NCBI RefSeq assembly: GCF_009914755.1
Contig: NC_060925.1
Reading direction: 5' to 3' (one strand)
DNA length: 64,000 bases
Source of the DNA: the human T2T-CHM13v2.0 reference genome, Homo sapiens
The translations under genes and the position numbers were made by a program. This document shows, piece by piece, positions 42,420 through 55,650 of this stretch. Each line of letters begins with the position of its first letter. Positions within the stretch are counted from its first letter, which is position 1. The notes under the pieces are model-generated. The model saw only the letters and a program-made list of their open reading frames with translations. It did no database searches and was not told the DNA's origin.

Positions 42420-43115
42420 AGATAGAAGTCTTAACAACAGACTAGATCAAGAAGAGGGAAAAATTTTCAGAGCTCAAAGACTTTGAACCAACCCAGTCAG
42501 AAAAAAAGAAAAAAAGAATTTAAAACAATAAACAAACACTCTAAGAAATATGGTTATGTATGGTGACCAAACCTATGATTCATTGACATTCCTGAGAGAC
42601 AAGAAGAGAGAATAAGTAACTTGGAAAACATGTTTGAGGAGATATCCATGAGAATTTCCCCTATGACACTAGAGAGGTCAACATACAAACACGAATGCGT
42701 TCTTCAGAAGCCCCATCTTACATTTAATGGCACCAGTAGGCTCAATGTAAAGTGATGGAGAAAAATCTATCAAGCGAACAGAAAACAAAAAAGAGTGGAG
42801 GTCATTATTCTTACATTAGATGAAGCAGACTTTAAGCCAACAGTAGTTTAAAAATGACAAAGAATGTCATTACATAATGATAAAGGGTTCAATTCAATGA
42901 GAAGACTCAACTATCCCAGATATATATTCACCCAACATTGCAATACCCACTTTCATGCAACGAGAATTTCTAGATCTACAAAAAGACTGACACACCCACA
43001 TAATAAGAATGGAGGACTTCAACACCTCACTGATAGCCTTAGATAGATTATTGAGGCAGAAAACTAACAAAAAAATATTGGATTTAAATTCAGACTTGAC
43101 CTATGGGACCTAAAT
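42420..43115 (+). mobile_element. L1PB/L1PA-old fragment with ORF1 joined to ORF2 endonuclease region (internal deletion near 42690)
   Basis: gaccaaacctatgattcattgacattcctgagaga (ORF1), then taggctcaatgtaaag.gatggagaaaaatctatcaagc, cattacataatgataaagggttcaattcaa (ORF2 EN). Confidence 0.8.
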
Positions 43116-43446
43116 TCTTTCTGCACTGCTTTGCTTCAGACACATATATTTTCTACATTTTTTATACTTAAAATATATCTGGGAAACCACTGCCTCTCAG
43201 TATACAGAATATAGAAATCTTCCTTATTTCTCATTCAGCTGCTTGGAGCTCTACTAATTGTATGTGCCACAGTATATTTATCGTTAGTTTTTAAAAACCA
43301 CAATACTAAATACCTTGTTAAGTCCTGATCAATTTGGTCTGGACATCCTAACTTTTCCATTTTACACCGCACAACAAATTCATACTTGTATAACACATTT
43401 GGCTAAATTGAAGCGAGTTTTGAAGTGTATTTATGGGCTTATTTTT

Positions 43447-43767
43447 ATTTTTTATTTTTATTTTTTATTTATTTATTTATTTATTTTGAGACGGAGTCTC
43501 GCTGTCGCCCAGGTTGGAGTGCAGTGGCGCGATCTCGGCTCACTACAGGCTCCGCCCCCCGGGGTTCACGCCATTCTCCTGCCTCAGCCTCCCGAGTAGC
43601 TGGGACTACAGGTGCCCGCCACCTCGCCCGGCTAATTTTTTGTATTTTTAGTAGAGACGGGGTTTCACCGTGTTAGCCAGGATGGTCTCGATCTCCTGAC
43701 CTCGTGATCCGCCCGCCTCGGCCTTCCAAAGTGCTGGGATTACAGACGTGAGCCACCGCGCCCAGCC
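43447..43767 (-). mobile_element. Young AluY (probably Ye lineage)
   Basis: CpG-rich; AluY diagnostics ccgtgttagccaggatggtctcgatctcc; gtctcgctgtcgccc (2-bp deletion), caggctccgccccccgggg, acctcgcccgg; perfect 16-bp TSD ttatgggcttattttt (43431-43446 / 43768-43783). Confidence 0.95.
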
Positions 43768-44405
43768 TTATGGGCTTATTTTTAAAACTTGAATTCACCT
43801 TACACAAAGTAATTACATAGAATAAAAACAAATTAATGACAATGTATTACATGTTAAATGTGTTGAAAATAGTTTATACAAAATTTTAATAAAATACTTA
43901 ACAATAATTTATATAGACTTTTGTAGTTAAAATGGCCACCTAAAATTCTTGATCAAAATATTAAATAGTGCTCTCTAAAATTCTTGATGTTCAGTTATCA
44001 ATAAGAAATTTTATTTATGCAGATGTGTAAGAGCAAATTCCAAAGGAGATTTTACTGATTTTTCTCCTTTCTCACCATTTAACAAAATAGTTTCTCACAA
44101 TTTAACAAAATTTGAAGTTTTTAATTTTTATTATATTTTATGTATGATTATTATTTTATCAACTCTTTTGTTTCTTCAGTAAATACTGAAAATACATATA
44201 ATAATGTCAGTGATTTTTAAATCATACAGAACCTTTTCACACCAGGCATTTTGGAAAAATAATCGACATTTTTTTAAGCATACACAGATGCAGTTTTCCC
44301 AGTCATAAAAAAATTAATCTTTGGAATTCAGATTATACAAGAAAAAATATCACTAGAAATCTCTTTAAACATAATGCTTCCAAAATTGTTATTTTGTGTT
44401 TGAAT

Positions 44406-45150
44406 CAGGGCTTAGAAAACTTTGTCACTAAAAATCTAGATAGGAAATACTTTAGGCCTTTTGGGCCAAGAGACAAAATTTAGGATATTATATAGCTATT
44501 TATAGAAAAAGAAAAAATCCACAACTTTCATTTTTAAAATTCAAGATATATTGATAATAATTGAGTACTTTTTTACTCAATGCGGATCTACCAATGAGGA
44601 TAAAATTGTTTTTGAAGGAAAGAAAGCATTTTGCTTAATTGTGTTCAAAGTTAGCACATACTCTTACCAAAATTAATTGCAAATGATTATTTGCTAATGC
44701 TGTTTTATAAAAAAACTTCCCATATTTCACATTTTTAAAGGTTTTCTATGAAATAACTGCTGCCAAATGTCAATATGAGTCCTTAAGCATATAATTTGTG
44801 TTGAGTATATTAATCATTTAAAAGGCATTTGTAGAGCTCATATTATTCAATTGATATTAGCCTTTAGCATGTCAGTTTATTGCATATTTCTTACTTTCAA
44901 CTGACGTTTATCTGGAAGTCCCTTAAATGCACAGTTCATTTCATTTTGAAATATGGCACTTTCATTTGTGTTTGCATTGTGTTACACAAAATAATGCTGG
45001 AATTGTAATTCAAGTTCACAAAATATAACTGCTGCTAATTTGTATGGGAAGAGAGATCTTGCTTCTACTTTTAACTTCTGATGTATCTGAAGTCTATAAA
45101 TTAGCTTGATATAGTTTGTGATTCAAACTACACAAAATGACTTTATCAGA
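44406..45150 (-). mobile_element. Cheshire-like hAT-Charlie transposon, 3' portion
   Basis: cagggc..agaaaacttt..tagataggaaatactttaggcctt.tgggccaagag.caaaatt.aggatattat; gcttaattg.gttcaaagttag; ttttgaaatatgg; ttgtgattcaaac. Confidence 0.75.
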
Positions 45151-48100
45151 GACTATGTTACTAATAGAAGTATTATTGTAGTTTTAGGTTGAATTCATTA
45201 AAAATAAGATGAAGTCTGTAGCAAAAACATTTCCAGAGACATTCAGTGATATATAATAGTAATTGAAGGTGATATTCTCATTCAGAAAATTTTAATATTG
45301 GCTCTTAATTTTAAAAATTACAATAAAATTTGATACTGCTAAGTATGACTATCTTTTATTATTACTATATATTACTTATGTATTATACTGCTAAGTATTA
45401 CTAAATATTACTACTACCACATTGAATTATTATGTAGTAGAGAAACATCAAGATTTTCAGCTTTGATTTCTGATATAAATACATGAAACAGAAGATCATT
45501 AAGTCTACAATAGGGAAAGAAGTTCACTGTTGACACGGTTTGATAATATATGATACATTCAAATATTCTATAAAGTATCTCCTGATAAATAATATAACGA
45601 AAACCTATAACTGTAAAATTTATAATTTTATTAGAGTTGTAAACATTTTCAACTAAGCCATTTTCCATTCTACACATATGTTTACCATCAACAATTCTAA
45701 CACATTTTTGCAAATTCCCCTTCAGGTTGTCCTGAATTTGTATTTTTTTCAGCTTTTCTTGTAGGGTTGATACTCTGAGCCGTGGAACCTGAGAGTGGAA
45801 AAGAAGCTTTTCTGTAATAAAAGTTAGGAATATAGTAGAAGCATGAAAAGAACCAGAGAAAAGAGGGAATAGTGCCCTGTTTGCATATGATTCCCTATAT
45901 CTAACTGGGTTCTGCCCCTGCGTCTGTGAATTCATTCTCTGCTTTCTCAATATATTACAGCTTTATTCGTCTCTGTGGTTTGTAAATAGAGTCTTAGCTA
46001 ACCTTACTTAAGACCGTAATACCACTCAATATCTTACTTTAGAAAAAATCTAAACTACATCTTAAAATTTAAAAGGACAAAGGACATGCCCTGACAGAAA
46101 AGTGAGAAGAAGATGTTAGACACAAGAAGACAAATACCAAAAAGGAGAAAGAAAAAATCATAAAATGGAAACCAATAGAATATATCCATGGAAAAGTAAC
46201 TTTTCCGGAGGGGGAGAGAAATTTGAGTAAAATTATAGGGTAAATAGTCAAGTCTCCCAATAAATAATGAAAATTTCAAGTATTGGCAAAAGAGCCCATC
46301 TCCACATGTATAATTGAATTTGGAATATGGGTAGTTTTGGGGACTTTTTCTTTTAACATTTTTCCTGCACAGATGAATTCTTATGTGAATGATTGTGAGT
46401 AGTAAAATAGTATTAATTTAGACACACTGAAAAAACTCATTAAAATTAAAAATTAATTAGTAATTAAAGTTTAATTTAAATAATGAAGGTGAAGAAAACA
46501 GTAGATACATAGGTAGGTGAGCCCCAAAGTCTGTTCATCCAGAGTCTGCAATCCACAATGTTGGTTTTATTGCCATGAGATAATAAGACAAGTGCTGGAA
46601 ATCACATGCAATGCATCTACAGGTCTCCCTTGGGAGTGAGGGAAACATTTACCAAAGCTCCACAGAAGATTCTCCTTCAAGTATCCTCACTCAGATTTGA
46701 GTGACATCACAGTTCCTAAGTAAGTCAGTAGCAAGGGTGATAGAATTATTATGCTTGGTCTAGACTAATGATCTAAAATATAGTAGATGCAGGTGTGGTT
46801 TTGTAACGGCACACACACACACAATGAACATTAAGAAACCTTTCAATATTGCCTTTTTATTAATTATTATACCGGCTTTGTTTTCCTTCTAAATACTATG
46901 TTTCAAAATGTTGTAAATGGCTAACATTCTGTCAGGTGTGTATAACATAATTCAGTTAATCATTTTATATAAAACACTTTTATGGTTTTAATATTTTGTA
47001 ATTATAAATAATAAAGTAAGAAATAAACATATATACTTTTCCTCCTCCTTTAAATATTTCATCATGGTCTTATAAGTGAAAATATGAATTATTTAAAATC
47101 TACCAGATTTTGCTCAAGAGACACCCTTCTACTTAAATGCCCAGAAATAAATAAGAAATAATTAATCTTTCCAGAGCTGAGGAAAATACAGTCTTTTGAT
47201 GCTTCTAACAATTTTATATGCAAAAAAAAATTAGAGTGTATTGCTAACATTGCACTTTTTGTTTTTGTTTAGTTCTATACATTTCTTTCATAAGCCAACT
47301 GTTTATTTCCATTGCCAATTTTTATAATCTATTCGTAATAAAGCTTGTATTATATATTTCTGGGTTTTCTTTATATTTTAATTATGTTTACTTTGATGTC
47401 ACAATTGGTAAAATATTTTATATTTATTTAGTTTCTTCAAATACTGCTGTATTTGAATACAGGTGTATTTCCAACACCATTTTTTAAATTTTAGAAACAT
47501 ATTGTTAGGAACACATTCTTCGTTTTATCTATATACTTAGGAATTATAGAGTCTTTTAGATATTGTAGAGTGTATCGCAAAGCAAATTATCCTGATTCAT
47601 TTCTCTGACAGTTCAGTGTTAATATCATCATTTTACCTGGTGAAAATCCATCATACATTGTGAAATATTTTCTGGCAAATACCTCTGTCAACTAAGCAGT
47701 AATAAAATAATAAAACCACTGGGTATGATTTTCATTAGATTTCTCTTGCCAATGAGCATGAAAGTATGAAGTGGTTTGTGAAACTATACTCACTGATCTT
47801 GGGGAATAATTACTAAGTAGAGAAAAGAATTAGTAACTATCTTTCATTGAAATTCTCTTCTCTTTCTGGCCCTTTACTGGGCTTTCTATATGCATTAACT
47901 AATTCTCAAAACAATCTGACATTATTGTTTTTATTATTCTCATTTCAAAAGATAAAATTGGTTCTGTGTTTAAGAGACTTACATAATCACAAAAGCTAAT
48001 TGCGAAGATGAAACCAAAATCCACACCATTAAACCTTTGAACATATGCTTGTTCACGGTAAGCCAGTTATGCTGCATAGCAGTCCTCCAATGTCATAGGC

Positions 48101-48934
48101 ATATTTGGGAGAGAGTGAGGGTGCCACAGGGACCACAGCTGGCTTAGACCTCTGGATCTCAGTAGAATTTGGGGTCAGTGGGACCATCTCTCCTCAGGTC
48201 TTTGTTCTCATTCAAAAGTGGGAGTTAGCTGGTTATCTAACCCTTGGCTAACTACACTTTCTAATCTGGCTTATGGGGCATAGTGTGAAATTTAAAAAGT
48301 ATACAAGAGGGAAGTTGTACTGTGATACACTCTTTAAGTAGATTATTGCAACTTCTTTCATTTGCTAACCAGCTAACTTAGAGAGATGTTTGTTATTCAG
48401 CAGTAAACCAAGACTTGATAAAAACCAGCAAGAAAACCTCAAACCTTTACCTGTCCCATCCATACCAATGTCAGATATTACTGTCTTCGATCATATTTTG
48501 TTATCAAATGGTAGTAGAAATACAAAGCTATGCCCGATCACCTGGCTTGGATCTACTTACTATATGGCCTAGACTGTGTCAGATAAATCTGTTATATGCT
48601 TGTTTCTTGTGTAAAACAATGGATAGCAAGTTCTAACCCACAAACATAATAATCAGGTAAATGTTCTTTTTGTTCCAAATTATCCATAACCCCTCTTCCT
48701 TCTCTGTCAGTGAAGTTTGCATTACCTTTCAGGCTGGCATCTTCCTCTTGCTGTAATGCTCAATGGTTTTATTCTCCCACAGACTATCTGGTGTTTCATT
48801 CTAACTGCCTAGATCTGCCTATTAGCTCTACCAAGGAAATGAGGCTGAGGTCTTTGATCCTTTAATAAACTATGTCTTGTCACTTTATACACTTAGGTCT
48901 GTGTATTATTTTCCAAGTGCTCAAGTTCAATTAA

Positions 48935-49330
48935 ATTTTTTCAGTTGCAGGTTACAAAAAAACCTAAATCAAGTATCCTTCAACCACAGATATGATTGGT
49001 AGAAGTTAAATAATGCTGAAAAACTAGTACTGGTGTTATTTATGCACACAGTTTGAAAAGATAGGCATGACATCATCTGATCTCAGGCTTTATTCCTGGT
49101 TTTCTGGTTTTCTTGGGTTTCTCCTCCTTCCTCCTCCAGCTAGTTCCCTTTATATCCAAGTTAGAGAAAGGATCTTGGTGAAGTAAACTTTTGAGATTCA
49201 ATCTGATTGGATCAATTTAGGTCACTCTTGAAGCACTGTGGCCAAGAAGAAGGAATATGCAAGGTCACTAGTTTCACTTGGTAAGCCCAGGCTTTGTGTC
49301 AGATTTTCAATAGCACATGGATTCTCCACA
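48935..49330 (-). mobile_element. Old MLT1 (J/K/L-like) fragment
   Basis: ttttcagttgcagg.tacaaaaaaacc; tctgattggatcaatttaggtcac..aagcactgtggccaag..aggaatatgc. Confidence 0.55.
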
Positions 49331-50630
49331 TAATTTCTGCATAATTTTCATTATATTTCTTTCAATGTATTTTAAGAATTACGTTACTTTTCTGAATGGG
49401 CCATTTTTTCATTGCCTATTATAACTGGTATTGCTGACACAAAAAAATCTACTAAACTTTATGTATTTTTGCCTAGTTATTTCATTGATATTTTTATAAT
49501 ATACTGTTTTCTTTAGGAATTATAATCAGCTGCTATTAAGAGGACTGAGAAACAACGGTGAATTAAAGGAGATAAAAGTTGCTTTCGTTTTCATGCCAAC
49601 AAGTCTGTAATTTGAAGTTCAGGATTTATATCAATAATTAAGCTTCTATTTTTTTCCTCCACAATACTTATCATGTGGCTTCCAGACTCATGTTTCTGTC
49701 TGCATGGCCCAAATTGAGTTGCTGAATATCCATTTATCATACCTTTATTCCAGGGATTCAGTATGACAGTAAATGTAAGCACCCCGGCTACCTAGAACAC
49801 TCTTCCCCTCTCTTTTATGGAGTCATCCACAAAGTATTCAAAGGTTCAACTTGTACCTTATGTGTGAAATAATAGTTACATAACCAAACTTACCTGCAAT
49901 GATTACTGGGAAATATCCTCCAAAGGGGATAACATGAGTAAGAAAAAAGTAAAGGGTAGTAGGGTAGAAAACAAACTGTCTCTTCCACAAATTCAGATAT
50001 TCAGATATTTTGTCAAATTATTATTTAATCTTAATACATTGACTTTTTTGCTATTTTTAATGTTCTTAACTGATATTTTTAATACTTAAAGGTTATAAAA
50101 TGGTAATAATAGCAATGATAAAAGTAATGATAATAATTTAGTGATTTTTTAGTATATACATTTTGCTAGGCCTATGATAAGCAATATTAAAATGTTTTAA
50201 ATTGACAGAGAGTTCTAAGGAACCAACTAGAGAACAACAGCTTTCCCTTTATATTTGACGTCATGTAATTTGAAGCCTAAATATTTCCAACTGTATATTT
50301 TTTTAATTTTAATGTCCATTTTACAATTTTTAAAAGTTTCAATTTTACCTTGCTTTCTAGTTTGTCTGAAATTAACATTGTTATGCCAGTTTTCATTACT
50401 AATTTCCATCATAATTTTGTTTGAACTTTTCTAATCAGTATTATATAATCTTTTTATTTGGGAGTTATTGTCTCCTATTACCTAAATTTTAAATGGAAAC
50501 AGTTTGTCCATTCAGCAAATATTTAATGAAGGCTTAATATATTAGCCCGGGTACTATTCTTGATATTTCCCATGAAAAATAACTTTGTATTCAATCTGAC
50601 ATTACTTCTATTCGAAGTGATGAGTTTAAA

Positions 50631-50632
<2 letters not shown>

Positions 50633-50678
<46 letters not shown>

Positions 50679-50700
50679 GTGTATATATGTGTATATATAT
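50633..50700. repeat. (TA)n microsatellite
   Basis: atatatatat x ~19 then tg/ta variants. Confidence 0.95.
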
Positions 50701-51384
50701 AACTGATTGATTTTTTCTATTATCTTGCTTTATGACTTTAGTTTTATCTCAATTCCTCATCTTATGGAGGTGCATTTTTTATTTTTTACTTATTTAAAAG
50801 TAATGCTTCCTATTTGTATTGTATTAGCAAGTATTATTACATACATAAAAACATTAAAACTGCATTTCCTAGCTAAGTCAAGAATAAAAGCATATGATTT
50901 TTCTCACCCAGTAACATCATTCCTTCTTTTTTTTTTTTAATGTGAAAAACAAGGGGCCAGGTAATTATAAAGGAGATTATAGTGCTATTTAAGTTGTGGG
51001 CACACGCATTACATTTATAAAGGGAGCTTCTCTCATCTAGAGAATGCTCTTCCCAGAGTGAAATATGAGGCACACAGGATAACTGAATAAACATTAAATA
51101 ATGAAAGTGGGTGCCTATAGAGGCAGGAGACACATATTTAACTAACTACTGAGAGACACAAGAACTCCTCCAGATGCCATCTCCCAATATTTCAAACTGG
51201 GTAATGCATATTTTTTATTTAGCTGACCATTATCCAAATTCCCAACTTGAGAGACTCCAAAGATACATGGGAAGCAGGATGCCATCTCGCACTAAAAATA
51301 AGTAAAGTAGCCAGAAATTCCTGCTCCTTGAACTTATCTACCAGATGACAAATGTCTGTCTAGTAGGGTAACAGCATACCGAGA

Positions 51385-51585
51385 GGCTTTACCACTTTCT
51401 GGATGTGTGATCTTGGCATAGTTACTTTTATCTTCCGCCTCATCTTCCTCAAATATACAGTGGGGATAAAATGGACATAATAACACTCTCTAGCTTCTTG
51501 GGTTATTATGAGTTTTAATTAAAATATGTAAAGAACTTAGAACAGCCAGTAGCACATGGTGAGCAGTGTATTTGGTAAATAGATA
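51385..51585 (+). mobile_element. MIR
   Basis: accactttctggatgtgtgatcttggca.agttacttt..cctca.cttcctca..tatacagtggggataa..gggttattatgag..tgtaaagaacttagaacag..gcacatggtgagca. Confidence 0.85.
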
Positions 51586-51819
51586 AAAATATACCTGCTA
51601 CAGGACTTTGAATTTTAATGTAGTGATTCAATGTTACAGAACCCTTTAGATAGCTTTAATTGGCACCTTCAGAGTCAAGACAATGTAAGCATCCTTAGAA
51701 ACCAGTCCTAGTGGCTGAATGTTGGCTATGCCTTCCCTTCTTGGTTCCTATTTGAGCCTGGTGCTGCAGGTTTCCCTTAGATTCTCTGAGCTACTCAATA
51801 CCTTCCAAAAGAATTTCCC

Positions 51820-54800
51820 TCAGACTACCGCACACTTAAAATGGAATTGAAGACTAAGAGAGTAGCTCAAAACCGTATAATTCCATGCAAATTGAGTAAC
51901 CTGCTACTGAATGACTTTTAGGTAAATAATGCAATTCAGGCAGAAATCAAGAAGTTCTTGGAAACTAATGAGAGCAAAGATACAACATCCCAGAATCTCT
52001 GGGACATAGCTAAGGCAGTATTAAGAGGGAAACATATAGCACTAAACACCCACATAAAAAAAGTTTTAAAAAGCTCAATTTAACAACCTAGCATCACAAC
52101 TAAAAGAACTAGAGAACCAAGAGCAAACCAACACCAATGGTAGTAGAAGACAAGATATAACAAAAAATCGAAGTTCAACTAAAAGGAGATTAAGACACAA
52201 GAAAATACCTTCTTAGTGATGAGTTAAACTAACTTATTTATAACTGATATAATTTTATATCAAAGCACTATTTTGATCTTATTTGATCAAAAGACCAAAG
52301 AACACAGAAGTTTGTTTTTTAAAAAATATTAGTGAAATAGACTGCTCACTAGACAAATAGAGAGAAGATCCAAATAAACACAATTAGAAACAACAAAGGA
52401 GATGTTACCCCTGACCCCACAGAAATACAAATAATCATCAGAGAATGTTATGAACACCTATATGCATACAAACTAGAAAATCTAGAGGAAATGGAAAAAT
52501 TCTGGACAAATACACCATCCCAAAATGGAACAAAGAAGAAATTGACCAGCCAGGTGTGGTGGCTCATGCCTGTAATCCCAGCACTTTGGGAGGCAGAGGT
52601 GAGTGGACCACTTGAGGTCAGAAGTTCAAAAACAGCCTGGCCCACATGGTGAAATCCCATCTCTACTAAAAATACACAAATTAGCCAGGTGTGGTGGCAC
52701 ACACTTGTAATCCCAGCTACTCGGGAGGCTGAGGCGGGAGGATCGCTTGAACCCAGGTGGCAGAGGTTGCAGTGAACCTGAGATCATGCCACTGCACTAC
52801 AGCCTGGGAAACAGAGCAAGATTCCATCTGAAAAAAAAAAAAAAAAGAAGAAGAAGAAGAAGAAAAGAAAGAAAAAGAAAGAAGATTGAATCCCTGAACA
52901 AACCAATAATGAGCTCTGAAATTAAATCAGTAATAAATGGCCTACCACCCAAGAAAAGCCCAGGACCAGATGAATTCACAGAAAAAAATGATACCAGATG
53001 TACAAAGAAGAGTTGATATTATTCTTGCTGAAACTATTAAAAAAAATTGAGGAGGGAAAACTCTTCCATAACTCATTCTATGAGGCCAGCATCACCCAGA
53101 TACCAAAACCTGGCAGAGACACAACAAAAAAAAAGAAAACTTCAGGCCAATATCCTTGATAAACATAGATGCAAAAATCTTCAACAAAACATTGGCAGAC
53201 CAAATTCAGCAGCATATCAAAAAGTTTATCTACCATGATCAAGTAGGCTTTATCCTTGTGATGCAAGGTTGATTAAACATGCAAATCAATTATTGTGATT
53301 CATCACATAAACAGAACTAAAGACAAAACCCAGGTAATTATCTCAATAGATGCAGAAATGGCTTTTGATAAAATTCAACAGCCCTTCATGTTAAAAACTC
53401 TCAATAAACTATGTATTGAAGGAACATATCCCAAAACAATGAGAGCCCTCTATGACAAACCCACAGCCAACATCACACGGAATGGGCAAAAGCTTGAAAG
53501 ATTCCCCTTGAAAACCTATCCAACACAAGACAAGGATGCCCTCTCTCACCACTCCCATTCAACATAGTATGGGAAGTCCTGGCCAGAGCAATCAGGCAAT
53601 AGGAATAAATAAAAAACATTCAAAGAGGAAGAGAGGAAGTCAAATTATCCCTGTTTGCAGATGACATGATTCTATATCTAGAAAACCCCATAGTCTCTGC
53701 CCAAAATCTCCTTGATCTGATAAACAACTTTAGTGAAGTCAAGACACAAAATGAATGTGCAAAAATCACTAGTATTCCTGTACACTACCAAGAATCAAGC
53801 CAAGAGCCAAGTCAGGAATGCAATCCCATTCACTATTGCCACAAAAAGAGTAAAATACCTAGAAGTACAGCTAACCAGGTAGGTGAGCAATCTCTACAGG
53901 AAGAACTACAAAATAGGGTCAAATAAATCAGAGAAGAACAAACAAATGGAAATAATATCCATGCTCATGGATAGGAAGATTCTGCATCATTAAAGTGGCC
54001 ATACTACCCAAAGCAATTTATAGATTCAACATTATTCTTATCAAACTACCAATGCTATTCTTCACAGACCTAGAAAAAATATTTTTAAAATTCACATGGA
54101 ACCAAAAAAGAGGCTGAATAACCAAGGCAATTCTAAGCAAAAACAAAAACAAGAAAAATAGAAAAAAACAGACAAACAAAAAACAAAACTGGAGGCATCA
54201 CATTACCCAACTTCAAACTATACTATAGGGCTATTGTAACAAAAACAGCATGGTACTGGCATAAAAGCTGACACATTGGCCAATGGAACAAAACGGAGAG
54301 CCCAGAAGTAAGGTTGCACACCTACAACCATCTGATCTTTGACAAAGCTGACAAAAAGAGAAAATGTGGAAAGAAATCCCTATTCAATAAATGGTGCCAA
54401 AATAACTGGACAGCCATATGCAGAAGATTGAAACTGGACCTCTTCCATATACCATATACAAAAATCAACTGAAAATGGATTAAAGACTTAAAAATAAAAC
54501 CCCAAACTATAAAAACCCTGGAAGACAGCCTGGAAGGCAATACCATTCTGGACATAAGAATGGACAAAGATTTCATGTTGAAGATGCCAAAAGCATTTGC
54601 AACAAAAGCAAAAATAAACAAATGGGATCTAATTAAACTAAAGAGCTTCTGCACCAGAAAAGAAACTATTAAGAAACAGACAACCTACAGAATGGGAATA
54701 AATATTTGCAAACTATGCATCTGACAAAGGTTTAATATACAGTGTCTATAAGAAACTGTAACAAATTTACAAGCAAAAAAAAATCCCATTAAATATGGGC

Positions 54801-55650
54801 AAAGGACATGAACAGAGAGTTTTCCAAAGAAGACATACCTACAGTGAAGAAACATATGAAAAAAAAAAAAACTCAACATCACTGATTGTTGGAAAAATGC
54901 AAATCAAATCCACAATGAGTTACCATCTTATACCAGACAGAATGGCTACTATTAAAAAGTCAGAAAATAACAGGTGCTAGTGAAGTTGCAAAGAAAAAGG
55001 AATACTTATATACTGTTGTTAGGAGTGTAAATTAGGTCAACCATTGTGGAAAGCAGTGTGGTGATTCCTCAAAGAGCTAAAAACAGAACTACCACTGGGC
55101 CCAGCAATCCCATTACTGGATACATACCCAAAAGGATGTAAATGGTTGTAGAGTTATATAATAAAGACACATGAGCACGTATATTCATTGAAGCCATATT
55201 CACAATAGCAACCATATGGAATCAACCTAAATGTCCATCAGTGGTGGACTGAATATAGAAAATGTGGTACATATACACCATGGAACACTATGCAGCCATT
55301 AACAAAAAGAATGTGATCATGTCTTTTGCAAGAACATGGATGAAGCAGGAAGCCATTACCCTAAGAGAACTAACGCAGGAACAGGAAAACAAATATAGCA
55401 TGTTCTCACTTATAAGTGGGAGCTAAATGATGAGAACACATAGACACAAAGAGGGGAACAACAGGTAATGGTGCCTACTGGATGGTGGAGTCTGGGAGAA
55501 GGGAGAGGATCCAGAAAAATAACTGATGGGTACTAGGCTTAATACCTGGGTGACAAAATAATCTGTACAACAAACCTGCATGAAATGAGTTTACCTATAT
55601 AACAAACCTATGTATGTACCCCTGAACTAAAAATTTTTTAAAAAAGAAAG
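51820..55650 (+). mobile_element. 5'-truncated L1PA13-15-like element (decayed ORF2 + 3'UTR), inserted into an old LTR-like sequence
   Basis: ORF2 remnants ([26 protein letters not shown]; ctgtttgcagatgacatgat = FADDMI); 3' end gggtactaggcttaatacctgggtgacaaaataatctgtacaacaaacc; imperfect TSD aagaatttc/agaaatttc. Confidence 0.93.
52548..52877 (+). mobile_element. AluSx/Sz nested in the L1
   Basis: Full dimer with A/(aag)n tail; flanked by duplicated aagaa(g)attga. Confidence 0.93.

Noticed and set aside
45735-45830. Possible + strand splice acceptor (tttttttcagcttttcttgtag|G) and short exon
   Set aside because: No convincing donor or reading frame; cannot be supported without transcript data.
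45414-45950. Longest ORF outside recognised repeats (178 aa, minus strand)
   Set aside because: Non-ATG start, AT-rich composition (I/F/N/K), no recognisable domain. There is only a faint resemblance (RLNDLL..SEIKAENLD) to hAT C-termini, so it cannot be supported as a gene.
52747-54980. RT-like ORF fragments
   Set aside because: Frameshifted, stop-riddled L1 ORF2; not a functional CDS.
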